A stretch of 64,000 nt of DNA, from NCBI GenBank assembly GCA_030654175.1, contig JAURXZ010000030.1, forward strand, positions 653,510-717,509. The letters run 5' to 3'. The DNA comes from Bacteroidia bacterium. GTDB lineage: Bacteria > Bacteroidota > Bacteroidia > 2-12-FULL-35-15. A program made the translations under genes and the position numbers. Numbering within the stretch: position 1 is the stretch's first letter; each line of letters opens with the position of its first letter. The notes beneath the pieces were generated by a model. That model made no database searches, was not told the DNA's origin, and saw only the letters and a program-made list of their open reading frames with translations. This document shows, piece after piece, positions 30,891 through 40,700 of the stretch.

Positions 30891-31280
30891 ATGGACTTAA
30901 AAGATTTTATTAAAAACACTATTTCTTCCATAAGCACTGCAATTACTGAAAGTCAAACAGAATTAGCAGAGAAAGGTGTAATTGTTAATCCTGAAAGGAT
31001 GGAAATTGGAAAAAATGGGGAGAAGCTACTTCGAAGTGATGGTTGGCGTTATATTCAAAGTTTGGAATTTGATATTTTAGTTGGCGTTGAGGAACAACAA
31101 AATGGAAATGGAAAAGCAGAACTAAAGGTTGCCGGGATTTTAAACATTGGTGGAGGCTTAACTGAACAGAGTACGAATCAAAACCAAAATCGCATTAAAT
31201 TTAATATCCCAGTTGCTTTTCCTACAAGCGATACTCCTGAAAAATATAAAAGCAGCAAGGGTCAATATAGTGTTGCATAA
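30891..31280 (+). CDS. Hypothetical protein (no recognisable domain; Gly/Asn/Gln-rich central region)
   Basis: 129-aa ORF flanked by a terminator upstream and the REP foldback downstream. Coding status rests on ORF length only. Confidence 0.4.
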   Translation: MDLKDFIKNTISSISTAITESQTELAEKGVIVNPERMEIGKNGEKLLRSDGWRYIQSLEFDILVGVEEQQNGNGKAELKVAGILNIGGGLTEQSTNQNQNRIKFNIPVAFPTSDTPEKYKSSKGQYSVA

Positions 31281-31372
31281 GAATACGAGTTACAATCAGG
31301 AATCAAATGACCTATAGTGTAGATTTCCAAACCGAAAAAAAAAGCCTAGTTGATTTTGTTGATAGACCCCCG

Positions 31373-31552
31373 GTAGGCGCTAAGCTGAAGCGTTGCAAGT
31401 GTGTGAGGGCTTAGTGACGTTTTGTAACAGGTAAGCTGTGCTTACAATCCCAATATTTAATTCGAAGACAAAGTTTACTATGTTTGAAGTACTGTGTATG
31501 GTAAGCACAGCTTACCTGTTAAGATAGTCACTAAGCGCAGCTTAGCGCCTAC
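31373..31552. repeat. REP-like nested foldback. Outer inverted repeat is gtaggcgctaagctg / cagcttagcgcctac; inner is taacaggtaagctgtgcttac / gtaagcacagcttacctgtta.
   Basis: Read directly, immediately upstream of the transposase gene. Arm copies recur at 32231-32287, 33865-33882 and 34436-34504. Confidence 0.75.
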
Positions 31553-31671
31553 ATACACCATACACATACCTACACATACATAGTAAATCAAATCCAAAAA
31601 ATAAAGTTACTGTTGAATTTAAAAACAATACCAATTGTTTTGTTTATTTTTAAAATTAAATTCACAAAAGA

Positions 31672-32205
31672 ATGTCAGAAAAATATAAAACACATAGTGA
31701 TGGTTTATACTTTGTTAGCTTTAGTGTTGTAGGCTGGATCGATGTTTTTACAAGAAGAGAATATCAGGAAATTTTGGTGGATAGTATTTCGTATTGTCAA
31801 CAACACAAAAACCTTAAAATTTATTGTTATTGTGTTATGCCAAGTCATGTTCATTTTATAACGTATTCTGAAAATGGCGAAATATCAAATGTTTTAAGAG
31901 ATTTAAAATCATTTACTGCTAAACAAATAATAAAGGCAATAGAAGAAAACCCTACAGAAAGCAGAAAAGAATGGATGTTAAATAAGTTTGAGTATCATGG
32001 AAAAAACAGTCCTCAAAAACAAAAGATGCAATTCTGGAAACATGATAATCATCCATTTTTTTTATATAGCAATAAAATGATCCAGCAAAAAGTGGATTAT
32101 ATTCATAACAACCCTGTTGAAGCAGGTTTTGTTAACGACCCTAAAGAGTGGCGGTTGAGCAGCGCTAATGAACAAAGCCCGATAAAATTGGATGAACGCA
32201 TTTAG
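31672..32205 (+). mobile_element. IS200/IS605-family HuH tyrosine transposase (Y1 / REP-associated RAYT-like TnpA)
   Basis: 177 aa. HuH motif in CVMPSHVHFI and size/organisation typical of RAYT. Flanked on both sides by copies of the same palindromic repeat ending ...cactaagcgcagcttagcgcctac (31524-31552 and 32263-32287). Confidence 0.7.
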
Positions 32206-32230
32206 CTGGCTACTATATTTGAAGAACTGA

Positions 32231-32287
32231 GTATGGTATTCATAACTTACCAATTAAGGATATCACTAAGCGCAGCTTAGCGCCTAC
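32231..32287. repeat. Degenerate copy of the right arm of the REP-like foldback, downstream of the RAYT gene
   Basis: gtatggta...cttacc..ttaagga tatcactaagcgcagcttagcgcctac aligns to 31496-31552 with an internal deletion. Confidence 0.65.
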
Positions 32288-32353
32288 GCGAGTATACTAA
32301 ACTAAACAAAAAAGAGTTTTCTACCAATACAGTCAAAACAGAGGTTACAAACA

Positions 32354-32920
32354 ATGGATATGGATCTGATCACTTTTCTAAAGAGTCTCACTACTATCGT
32401 ACCCCAAACAGAAGCAGAAATACACAAAGTGTTTTTTGCCGAACAATTGCCCAAAGGCCACAAACTTCACGAAGAAGGTGAAGTCTGTAATCAATTATTT
32501 TACATTGAAAGTGGTTTATCGCGCACCTTTTATTTTAATGAAGAGGGGAAAGACATTACCTACCGCTTTAATGGAGAAAACACCTTTACTTCACTCATAG
32601 AAAGCTATTACGATCACAAACCAAGCTTTTATACAATTGAATTGCTTGAGGATGCTGTTGTGCACACTGCACCATTCCCTGAATTTGAAAAACTCCTGGA
32701 AAAACACCCTGAACTGATGAAAGTTTATAACCATGTACTGCGCAATTTTGTTCTTCAATCCAATGAACGAATTGTTGCACTTCAGTTTCACAATGCACAG
32801 GAACGCTACCAAATGTTTGTCGACAAAAACCCGCACCTTCTTCAACGGGCGTCATTGGGCCATATCGCTTCTTACCTTGGCATTACACAGGAAACATTAA
32901 GTCGTATCCGCTCAAAATAA
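32354..32920 (+). CDS. Crp/Fnr-family transcriptional regulator (cNMP-binding domain + C-terminal HTH)
   Basis: 188 aa. Beta-roll region (GEVCNQLFYIESGLSRTFYFNEEGKDITY) and HTH ASLGHIASYLGITQETLSRIRSK. Confidence 0.8.
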   Translation: MDMDLITFLKSLTTIVPQTEAEIHKVFFAEQLPKGHKLHEEGEVCNQLFYIESGLSRTFYFNEEGKDITYRFNGENTFTSLIESYYDHKPSFYTIELLEDAVVHTAPFPEFEKLLEKHPELMKVYNHVLRNFVLQSNERIVALQFHNAQERYQMFVDKNPHLLQRASLGHIASYLGITQETLSRIRSK

Positions 32921-32936
32921 TTGGCAGGAAAAAAAA

Positions 32937-32961
32937 TTTTTTGACAAATGTCAAAAATTTT
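32937..32961. promoter_or_regulatory. AT-rich palindrome containing TTGACA-AA-TGTCAA (TTGAC-N4-GTCAA), a Crp/Fnr-family-type operator candidate between the regulator gene and the hemolysin-III gene
   Basis: Perfect 6+2+6 inverted repeat at 32941-32954 with extended A/T symmetry. Downstream lies a TAacTTTG element (32980-32987) resembling the Bacteroidetes -7 promoter motif. Confidence 0.45.
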
Positions 32962-33015
32962 CTCATTGCTGCGGCTGTAACTTTGCATTACAAAACAATT
33001 ACTATCAGCAAGGTT

Positions 33016-33840
33016 ATGAAAACAATAAAAAAAACAGATCGATTTCCAAAATACGGAAGCCTTTTAAAAGACATTAGCCCATTTACCCATTCCGAATTAG
33101 ACAAATTTCTGTATGAGCCGGAAAACAGGACCAGCCCCCGTTTTGACATGCATCAACAAGAGTTAAGTACCGGGAACAATGTATTTTACCGGGCTGTTAA
33201 GGTGAAAGCAAAAGGAAAGATCCAGAGTACCAGCGAAGAAATTGTAAATACCACTACGCACGCAGCTGGTGTTTTACTAATACTCTTATTTTTGCCGGTG
33301 CTTATCAGCAAGGCGATCCATAACAATAACCCACAAATGATCTGGAGCCTTGTAATTTTTGGTTTCGGTATGTTCATGGCTTACCTGGCATCAACAATGT
33401 ATCATCTTGTAAAAAAAGAAGCTACAAAACGTAAGCTGAGGGTGTTGGATCACATTGGTATTTTCCTGTTAATTGGTGGAACATATACCCCAATCGTTTG
33501 TAAATACACAGATACCACTACTGCAATTTATTTCTTGAGTGTGATGTGGTCATTGATAGTTGCCGGTAGTGTACTCAAAGTTTTTTTTACCGGCAGGTTT
33601 GAGCTGTTATCTACCATTATATACCTGTTCCTGGGATGGATGGTGGCATTTATCATACAACCTTTGCACGAACAAATGCCATTGGATGTTTTTCTCTGGA
33701 TATTAGGGGGTGGATTGGCGTATACAACAGGCATTGTTTTTTACCTGTGGCACAGGCTTAAATACCAGCATGGAATATGGCACCTGTTTGTACTTGCCGG
33801 CACCGTACTACAGTTTATAGCTATTTATAAAAGTGTGTAA
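33016..33840 (+). CDS. Hemolysin-III / PAQR family membrane protein
   Basis: Seven-TM protein with hallmark EEIVNTTTHAAG...MYHLVKK...HIGIFLLIGGTYTP...WHLFVLAG. ATG 33016 is preferred over the ORF-track TTG start at 32941, which sits inside the palindrome. An alternative ATG at 33148 is also possible. Confidence 0.7.
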   Translation: MKTIKKTDRFPKYGSLLKDISPFTHSELDKFLYEPENRTSPRFDMHQQELSTGNNVFYRAVKVKAKGKIQSTSEEIVNTTTHAAGVLLILLFLPVLISKAIHNNNPQMIWSLVIFGFGMFMAYLASTMYHLVKKEATKRKLRVLDHIGIFLLIGGTYTPIVCKYTDTTTAIYFLSVMWSLIVAGSVLKVFFTGRFELLSTIIYLFLGWMVAFIIQPLHEQMPLDVFLWILGGGLAYTTGIVFYLWHRLKYQHGIWHLFVLAGTVLQFIAIYKSV

Positions 33841-33896
33841 GTGTTTTTTTAATATAGTTTTGCAGTAGGCGCTAAACTGAAGTATTGTAAATAATT

Positions 33897-34301
33897 TTAT
33901 TGCCGTATTTTATCCTCGTTCATTTTTTCTTTTATCCAGGATAGGGCTGCATTGCTATCTTTAAATAATTTTATATCCGTTTTGTGGTTACATTTATTTA
34001 GTCGCAATAAAAAAAGTCCAATTAAACGTGTACTCAATGATCTTACCACAATGGCCATAGCAATAGTATTTTCGAATGCTTCAGCTGTAGAAGAAAATTC
34101 ACGAGCGTCCTTGTCAATGTTAACAAAATCATGTCCTTCAACCAAAACACTAAACCGCTTCGAATTTGTTAATTGTACAGCAGCGTTATAATTTTCCCGG
34201 GCATCCTCAAGCGTTAAATTAATATTTTCTTTAACTACCACTTTAAGTATTCCTTCTTCTATTAAACTGTTAACAACTGTTCGTGTTTCAATTTCTTGCA
34301 T
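33897..34301 (-). CDS. Hypothetical protein with possible STAS/SpoIIAA-like fold (anti-sigma-antagonist-like)
   Basis: 134 aa. C-terminal ...IKLFKDSNAALSWIKEK resembles STAS-domain C-termini (F-x-s-x-e-A-l-x-W). Assignment from pattern only. Confidence 0.4.
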   Translation of the reverse strand: MQEIETRTVVNSLIEEGILKVVVKENINLTLEDARENYNAAVQLTNSKRFSVLVEGHDFVNIDKDAREFSSTAEAFENTIAMAIVVRSLSTRLIGLFLLRLNKCNHKTDIKLFKDSNAALSWIKEKMNEDKIRQ

Positions 34302-34435
34302 AGCAAAGTAAAAATAAAAATAATTTTTATTATTTAAAAGAACTTAAAACAAAAAAATCTTGAATCAGGGGGGAGCCAAAAGGGAATATTTATACGAAGT
34401 TCGGTTTGGTTTTACTTAAAAACTGGACTTTGCTC

Positions 34436-34504
34436 CCTGTAACCGCCAAGCTGAGGCGTTGCAAGGATGTGAGGACTATTGACTTTTTTAACAGGTAAAC
34501 TGTT
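34436..34504. repeat. Copy of the REP-like left arm, followed by the same ttatttttaaaattaaatt tract that precedes the RAYT gene, here upstream of the M23 peptidase gene
   Basis: ccctgtaaccgccaagctgaggcgttgcaaggatgtgaggactattgacttttttaacaggtaaactgt aligns to 31366-31438. Confidence 0.6.
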
Positions 34505-34535
34505 TTTTGATTATTTTTAAAATTAAATTTATTTT

Positions 34536-35138
34536 ATGTCAAACTTTCTTCTTATTCTGATCACAACATTTTTAATTCAAGGTCCAATCTCCATACCCAT
34601 AGGTTCGGGGAACCGCCAGGATATTTCAAAGATCCATCTGACTAAGATCGGACAGTTTGGGTTGATCAGAAAAGCAAGACCAAATGTACCTGAACATTAT
34701 CATACAGGAATTGACATCAAACGACCAACTGATAATTATGAATCGGAACCGATCTACCCAATCGCAAAAGGCATAGTAATAAGCAAAAGAACGGATGGCA
34801 CTTATGCAAACTTAATAATTGAACATGAAATAAATGGGATCAAACTGTGGACATTATATGAACATATTTCAGGTGTGAAGGTGAAGGTTAATGATGTTGT
34901 GAATTCTAAAATTCCAATTGCACGCTTTATGAATAAAGGGGAGTTAGATCGTTTTGGTTGGCAATTTGATCATTTCCATTTTGAATTAATAAAAGTTAAA
35001 CCGGGTAAAATAAAACCAAGCAATAAAACTCCTGAACGATTTTTTAATTCGTATTCGTTGATCTGTTATAGCATTAATGATCTGAACAAATATTATTTTG
35101 ATCCGATTGAATACTTCAATTATAATATCAATAAATAA
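34536..35138 (+). CDS. M23 (LytM-type) metallopeptidase family protein, secreted
   Basis: 200 aa. Signal peptide, HxxxD motif (HYHTGIDI) and HxH motif (HFHFEL). Confidence 0.65.
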   Translation: MSNFLLILITTFLIQGPISIPIGSGNRQDISKIHLTKIGQFGLIRKARPNVPEHYHTGIDIKRPTDNYESEPIYPIAKGIVISKRTDGTYANLIIEHEINGIKLWTLYEHISGVKVKVNDVVNSKIPIARFMNKGELDRFGWQFDHFHFELIKVKPGKIKPSNKTPERFFNSYSLICYSINDLNKYYFDPIEYFNYNINK

Positions 35139-35413
35139 TAAAGCACCCTGTAAAAATCCATAAAACATTTCTAATAAGTTTGCCTGCCAAGAAAAATTAA
35201 TTTTTGCATCCATCACCAATTAAAAAAGAAATTACGTGCCTGTTTAAATTTCCTGTGTTCGTTTTTCGGAGAATTTAAAATGTGTGAATGATGTAATTTA
35301 TTCCTAAAGTTATGTAATGTATATCCTTTACGAGGGGCTGATCTTTGTAGATCATAATCTACCTATCAGAGATGGTGCACCCTGCTTAAGTAAAACCCTT
35401 TTATTCTTTTATA

Positions 35414-36388
35414 ATGGATCATGTAAATTGGTTTTTAATTCTTCTGAACTTCCTTGCCGGGCTTACCCTGTTTTTATTGGGAGTGTCGAATATGTCGAAA
35501 GGAATGAAAGCGCTTGCTTCGGATAAAATGAAGCAAATACTTGAAAAATTTACATCAAATGTTTTTACCGGGATCTTAACAGGTGCTATTGCTACAACAA
35601 TTTTAGACTCGTCTTCTGTTGTGATCATTATGGTGATAGCTCTGGTAAATGCGCAGCTATTAACTTCTAAGCAATCGTTAGGAATTATATTGGGTTCAAA
35701 TATCGGAACAGCGGTAGGCAGCCAGATCATCGCATTTGATGTTGGAGCATATTCAGCAATTCCATTATTAATAGGCTTTATCATTTTTTTAGCAGGGAGA
35801 AATGATAAAACAAAACAAATTGGAACATGTATTTTGGGGCTTGGATTAATTTTTTTCGGCTTGTATTACATCGGAGCATCCGCTGAACCATTAAAAACAA
35901 TACCTTCTTTTGCTAACCTGATGACGCAAATAGAAACGCCTTACAAAGGCGCTTTAACGGGTGCCATCACCACATTATTAATTCAATCCTCCTCGGCTAC
36001 TCTTGGTATTGTGATATCGCTGGCAAATCAAAATCTAATTACTTTATCTGCTGCAATAGCTGTAATGCTCGGTGCTGAATTAGGCACGTGTTCAAACACT
36101 TTAATTGCCTCCATTGGTAGGTCAAGAGACGCGGTAAGAGCAGGGGTTTTTCATTTGTTTTTCAACATCGTATCCCTGGTATTAGGATTGATATTAATAA
36201 TACCATTTACTTCATTGGTAAATTTAATTTCCGGGGCAGCAACACTTACGCGACACATTGCCAATGCACACGTACTGTTTAATATTTTAGGGGTTGCACT
36301 ATTCATAGGATTTGTTCCAATGATCTCGAAAGTACTTTTAAAAATAATTCCTGACAAAACGGAGCTGAAAACAGTAAACACAATTTGA
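35414..36388 (+). CDS. Na+/phosphate cotransporter family protein (two Na_Pi_cotrans repeats, no PhoU tail)
   Basis: 324 aa. Two copies of the conserved motif (LDSSSVVIIMV...GSNIGT and LIQSSSATLGIVISLA...GAELGT). Confidence 0.8.
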   Translation: MDHVNWFLILLNFLAGLTLFLLGVSNMSKGMKALASDKMKQILEKFTSNVFTGILTGAIATTILDSSSVVIIMVIALVNAQLLTSKQSLGIILGSNIGTAVGSQIIAFDVGAYSAIPLLIGFIIFLAGRNDKTKQIGTCILGLGLIFFGLYYIGASAEPLKTIPSFANLMTQIETPYKGALTGAITTLLIQSSSATLGIVISLANQNLITLSAAIAVMLGAELGTCSNTLIASIGRSRDAVRAGVFHLFFNIVSLVLGLILIIPFTSLVNLISGAATLTRHIANAHVLFNILGVALFIGFVPMISKVLLKIIPDKTELKTVNTI

Positions 36389-36826
36389 GTTATACCGTTA
36401 ATAAAAGCAGTTGACAAGTCCAATTTTTAGTTTATTATCATCATAAAAATCATTATCCGGAAGGATTAGAAAAAAATAATTCTGAACTATCGGACTTGAA
36501 ACGTAAGAAATATTCCAAGTAGGATGGAACAATTTCGACTCAAATGTTTTTTATTCACCGGAAAAAAAACACCCTTCCGCACAGAAAGCCATTCACTCTC
36601 GCTTTTTTGTAATTTTTGCAATCGCCCTTACCAGTGGATGATTTAGACAAGTCTGCATAAATTATATCCAATTACAAACGCTTACAAACAGGTATATCCG
36701 TATATAAACACTTACGAACCGAATCAGGAATGCCGATCTCCACACCTTTGCATCGTCAAAAAACAGCAAACCGTTTTATTGATAACGATATTAAAAACAG
36801 TATTAACAACTAAAAAAACAAAAACC

Positions 36827-37168
36827 ATGAATGCATTACGTAACAAAGTACAATTGATCGGTAACTTAGGAATGGCTCCGGAGATCAAAACATTAGAGAG
36901 CGGAAGAAAACTGGCAAAAATGAGTATTGCCACAAATGAATCGTATAAAAACGCGAAAGGCGAACTTGTAAAAGAAACACAATGGCATAACCTTATTGCC
37001 TGGGGTAAAACTGCAGAGATCATCGAAAAATACCTGAAAAAAGGAAGCGAAGTTGCCATTGATGGAAAACTGATCAACAGAAATTATAACGATAAGGATG
37101 GCGTAAAGCGATATGTAACCGAAATTGAAGTGAATGAAGTGCTTCTAATTGGTGGAAATAAAGCCTAG
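36827..37168 (+). CDS. ssb: Single-stranded DNA-binding protein (OB fold), copy 1 of a tandem duplication; lacks acidic C-terminal tail
   Basis: MNALRNKVQLIGNLGMAPEIKTLESGRKLAKMSIATNESYKNAKGELVKETQWHNLIAWGKTAEIIEKYLKKGSEVAIDGKL is an SSB OB-fold. Start placed at 36827 to match copy 2; the ORF-track start 36779 adds 16 residues. Confidence 0.8.
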   Translation: MNALRNKVQLIGNLGMAPEIKTLESGRKLAKMSIATNESYKNAKGELVKETQWHNLIAWGKTAEIIEKYLKKGSEVAIDGKLINRNYNDKDGVKRYVTEIEVNEVLLIGGNKA

Positions 37169-37224
37169 TCAATTAAAAAATTTCAAAAAAATAAAAAAAA
37201 ATTAACAATTAAAAAACAAAAACC

Positions 37225-37563
37225 ATGAATGCATTACGTAACAAAGTACAATTGATCGGTAACTTAGGAATGGCTCCGGAGATCAAAACATTAGAGAGCG
37301 GAAGAAAGCTGGCAAAAATGAGCATTGCCACACATGAATCCTATAAAAACGCGAAGGGCGAACTTGTAAAAGAAACACAATGGCATAACCTTATTGCCTG
37401 GGGCAAAACCGCAGATATCATCGAAAAATATTTGAAAAAAGGCAGCGAAGTTGCTATTGATGGAAAACTGATCAACAGTAATTATACCGATAAGGATGGC
37501 GTAAAGCGATATGTAACCGAAATTGAGGTGAATGAAGTACTGATTTTGGGCGGAAAAGAATGA
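37225..37563 (+). CDS. ssb: Single-stranded DNA-binding protein, copy 2 (near-identical to copy 1); lacks acidic C-terminal tail
   Basis: 112 aa, ~93% identical to copy 1. The upstream 17 nt (aaaaaacaaaaaccatg) is also duplicated; repeat unit 398 bp. Confidence 0.8.
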   Translation: MNALRNKVQLIGNLGMAPEIKTLESGRKLAKMSIATHESYKNAKGELVKETQWHNLIAWGKTADIIEKYLKKGSEVAIDGKLINSNYTDKDGVKRYVTEIEVNEVLILGGKE

Positions 37564-37584
37564 ACCAAACTAATTATTTTTTAA

Positions 37585-37617
37585 AGCCCCTGAAAAAAAT
37601 TCAGGGGCTTTTTTTAT
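37585..37617 (+). terminator. Rho-independent terminator after the ssb pair
   Basis: agcccctga(aaaaaat)tcaggggct followed by ttttttt. Confidence 0.75.
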
Positions 37618-37757
37618 TTGCAATATTCCTGAACTAAAGCAATACGTTTGCCTTCAGGTGGCAAGAATCGTTTCAGGCACAACACCTATTTTCAAAAAAG
37701 AAGAAAAGATTGGATCATAATTTATTTTTTAATCCCTTGAAAACAAATCAGGATCCA

Positions 37758-40700
37758 CTACCCTTCCATCTCAATCACAAGATCATCCGCATCCACCATT
37801 CTGCCTTCTTTCAGTTGAACACTTTTTATTTTTGAATTTTGATTTGCAACAATAGTTGTTTCCATTTTCATTGCTTCAATAGTAAATAAAGGAGCATTCT
37901 TTTTTACAACATCACCTGCTTTTACAAATATTTTTGAGATCATGCCCTGTAAAGGCGCGCCAATTTCATTTGCTCCCGACACTTTGATATTAGCATGTTT
38001 TACGATCTGAATATGATTGTCTTTAATTTCAATGGCCCGGTTTTGTCCGTTCAATTTAAAAAAAACGGTTCTCACTCCATTTTCATCAGGCTCTCCAACA
38101 TATTCCAGTTTTACAATAATATTTTTTCCATGAGAAATTTCAATCATAATTTCATCATTGTTCTTCATTCCATAAAAGAATTCCAGGCTTGGAATAGGAC
38201 TAACATTGCCATAGGTTTGAAAATGTTTAAAATAATCTTCAAACACTTTAGGATAGAATTTATAAGAAAGGAAATCAAGAAAACTTAAATTATTATCAAA
38301 TTTCTGACGAAATGCGATCATTTCTTTTTCAAAATCTACAGGCTTTAAATGAGCATTTGGTAATTCGGTATAGGGCTTTTCATCTTTTAAGATAAGTTTT
38401 TGAAGATGCTCCGGAAACCCTCCAAAAGGCTGGCCAAGATCACCCTTGAAAAAACTTTTTACCGATTCAGGAAACGAAATGCTATCCCCTTTTTCAAGAA
38501 TATCCTTTTTTGAATAATTATTGGAAACCATGTATTGAGCAAGATCTCCAACTACTTTTGAGGAAGGTGTTACTTTAACAATGTCACCAAAAAGTTCGTT
38601 CACATCCTCATAGGCTTTTTTTATTTCAACCATCTTATCTCCCAAACCTAATGATATCGCTTGTGATTTAAGATTTGAATATTGTCCGCCCGGTATCTCA
38701 TGTTTATAAACCTCGGCTGTACCTGCTTTTAAGCCTGATTCAAAAGGATAATAATGTTCCCTGATGGTTTCCCAATAATTTGAATATTCATTCAACGAAT
38801 CCATATTAAATTCCTGGTGACGTGGTGTTCCTTTTAACCCTTCTACCAGTGAATTAAAACTTGGTTGAGATGTTAAGCCCGACATCGATGCCAGCGCAAC
38901 ATCAATAACATCAACTCCTGCTTCAATCGCTTTTAAATAGGTGGCACTCTGGATAGAAGAAGTATCGTGCGTGTGCAGATGTATTGGCAGATCAACAGTT
39001 TTCTTTAACTCCGTAATTAACAACTCAGCAGAATACGGTTTTAATAATCCCGTCATATCCTTGATCCCAATAATATGAGCTCCGGCATCCTCCAACTGTT
39101 TAGCAAGATCCAGATAATATTGTAACGTGTATTTTGTTTTTGATTTATCCAGTATATCACCTGTATAACAGATGCATACTTCTGCAAGTCCTCCTGTACG
39201 CTCTCTTACCGCGTTAATACTCACCTTCATACTATCAACCCAGTTAAGGGAATCAAATATTCTGAAAAGATCCACCCCATGTCCCCATGATTTTTCAATG
39301 AATTTCTCAACCAGGTTGTCCGGATAAGCAGTATATCCAATAGCATTGGAGCCTCTTATTAACATTTGCAACAATACATTTGGAATTGCTTCGCGTAATA
39401 GTTGTAAACGTTTCCACGGACTTTCATGCAGGAACCTCAGTGCAACATCAAAGGTTGCCCCTCCCCACACTTCCATCGAAAATGTTTGAGGGTGATTGTA
39501 AGCGAATCCTTCTGCAACAGCCATCATGTCTTTTGTTCTTACCCTTGTGGCAAGTAGCGACTGATGGGCATCACGGAAAGTTGTATCTGTATATTGTATT
39601 TCTTTTTTTTCTTTAAGCCACTTGGCAAAATTTTCAGGGCCAAGTTTGGTTAACAATTGTTTTGTTCCCGAAGTAATTGGATGTGACCTGTCAAAATCAG
39701 GAACCTTAGCGACTTCAAACTTTTTATTAATGTCAATTATTTTTACATCCGGATTTCCATTCACAGTAATATCTGCAAGAAAACGCAGTGTTTTTGTCCC
39801 GCTATCCAATCCGTTATTAAAATGTAATAATTCAGGATGCTCCCCAATAAAATTAACGGTAGCATTACCCTCCTGAAACACATGATGGTTGATCACATTT
39901 TCAAGAAATTGAATATTGGTTTTCACCCCTCTTATCCTGAATTCGGTTAATGCGCGATGAAGTCTCTGACTTGCTCCTTTAAGTGTTCTTCCGGAAGCGG
40001 TTACTTTTACAAGCATTGAATCAAAGAACGGTGATATCTTAACTCCATTATAGGAACTGCCTTCATCTATTCTTATACCATAACCTCCTGCATTACGGTA
40101 GGCTGTAATGGTACCGTAATCGGGTTTAAAATCATTTTGAGGATCCTCTGTGGTGATACGGCATTGAATTGCAAATCCATTGCATTTAATTTCTTCCTGG
40201 CTATTGATAAAGATCCCGGAGGATTTAAGAGAATGTCCACTCGCAATTAAGATCTGACTTCTTACAATATCAATTCCTGTTATTTCTTCGGTAACAGTAT
40301 GTTCTACCTGTATGCGGGGATTCACTTCTATGAAATAAACATTTTCCTGTGTATCAACCAAAAATTCAACAGTTCCGGCATTATTATAGCCGACTTTTTT
40401 AGCTAAACGAAGGGCGTATTCATACAATTTATTTTTGGTTTCCTGTTTCAGATTAGGAGCCGGTGCAATCTCCACTACCTTCTGAAACCTGCGCTGTATA
40501 GAACAATCCCTTTCAAAAAGATGAACAATGTTACCATGTTTGTCCCCTAAAATTTGTACTTCAATGTGTTTTGGTTTATCAATAAATTTTTCAAGGAAAA
40601 CAGTATCATCACCAAAAGCATTTTTAGCTTCCCGTCTTGCTTCATTATACGATTTTTCCAGATCTTCTTCATTCCGGATGATGCGCATGCCCCTTCCTCC

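Noticed and set aside
32941-33015. Longer hlyIII ORF starting at TTG 32941 (ORF track)
   Set aside because: The TTG lies inside the TTGACA-AA-TGTCAA palindrome and upstream of a promoter-like TAacTTTG, and the extension has no similarity to Hly-III N-termini. ATG 33016 preferred, with 33148 a further alternative.
36779-36826. 16-codon N-terminal extension of ssb copy 1 (MITILKTVLTTKKTKT)
   Set aside because: Copy 2 starts at the homologous MNALRNK, and the duplicated RBS-like aaaaaccATG context is present at both.
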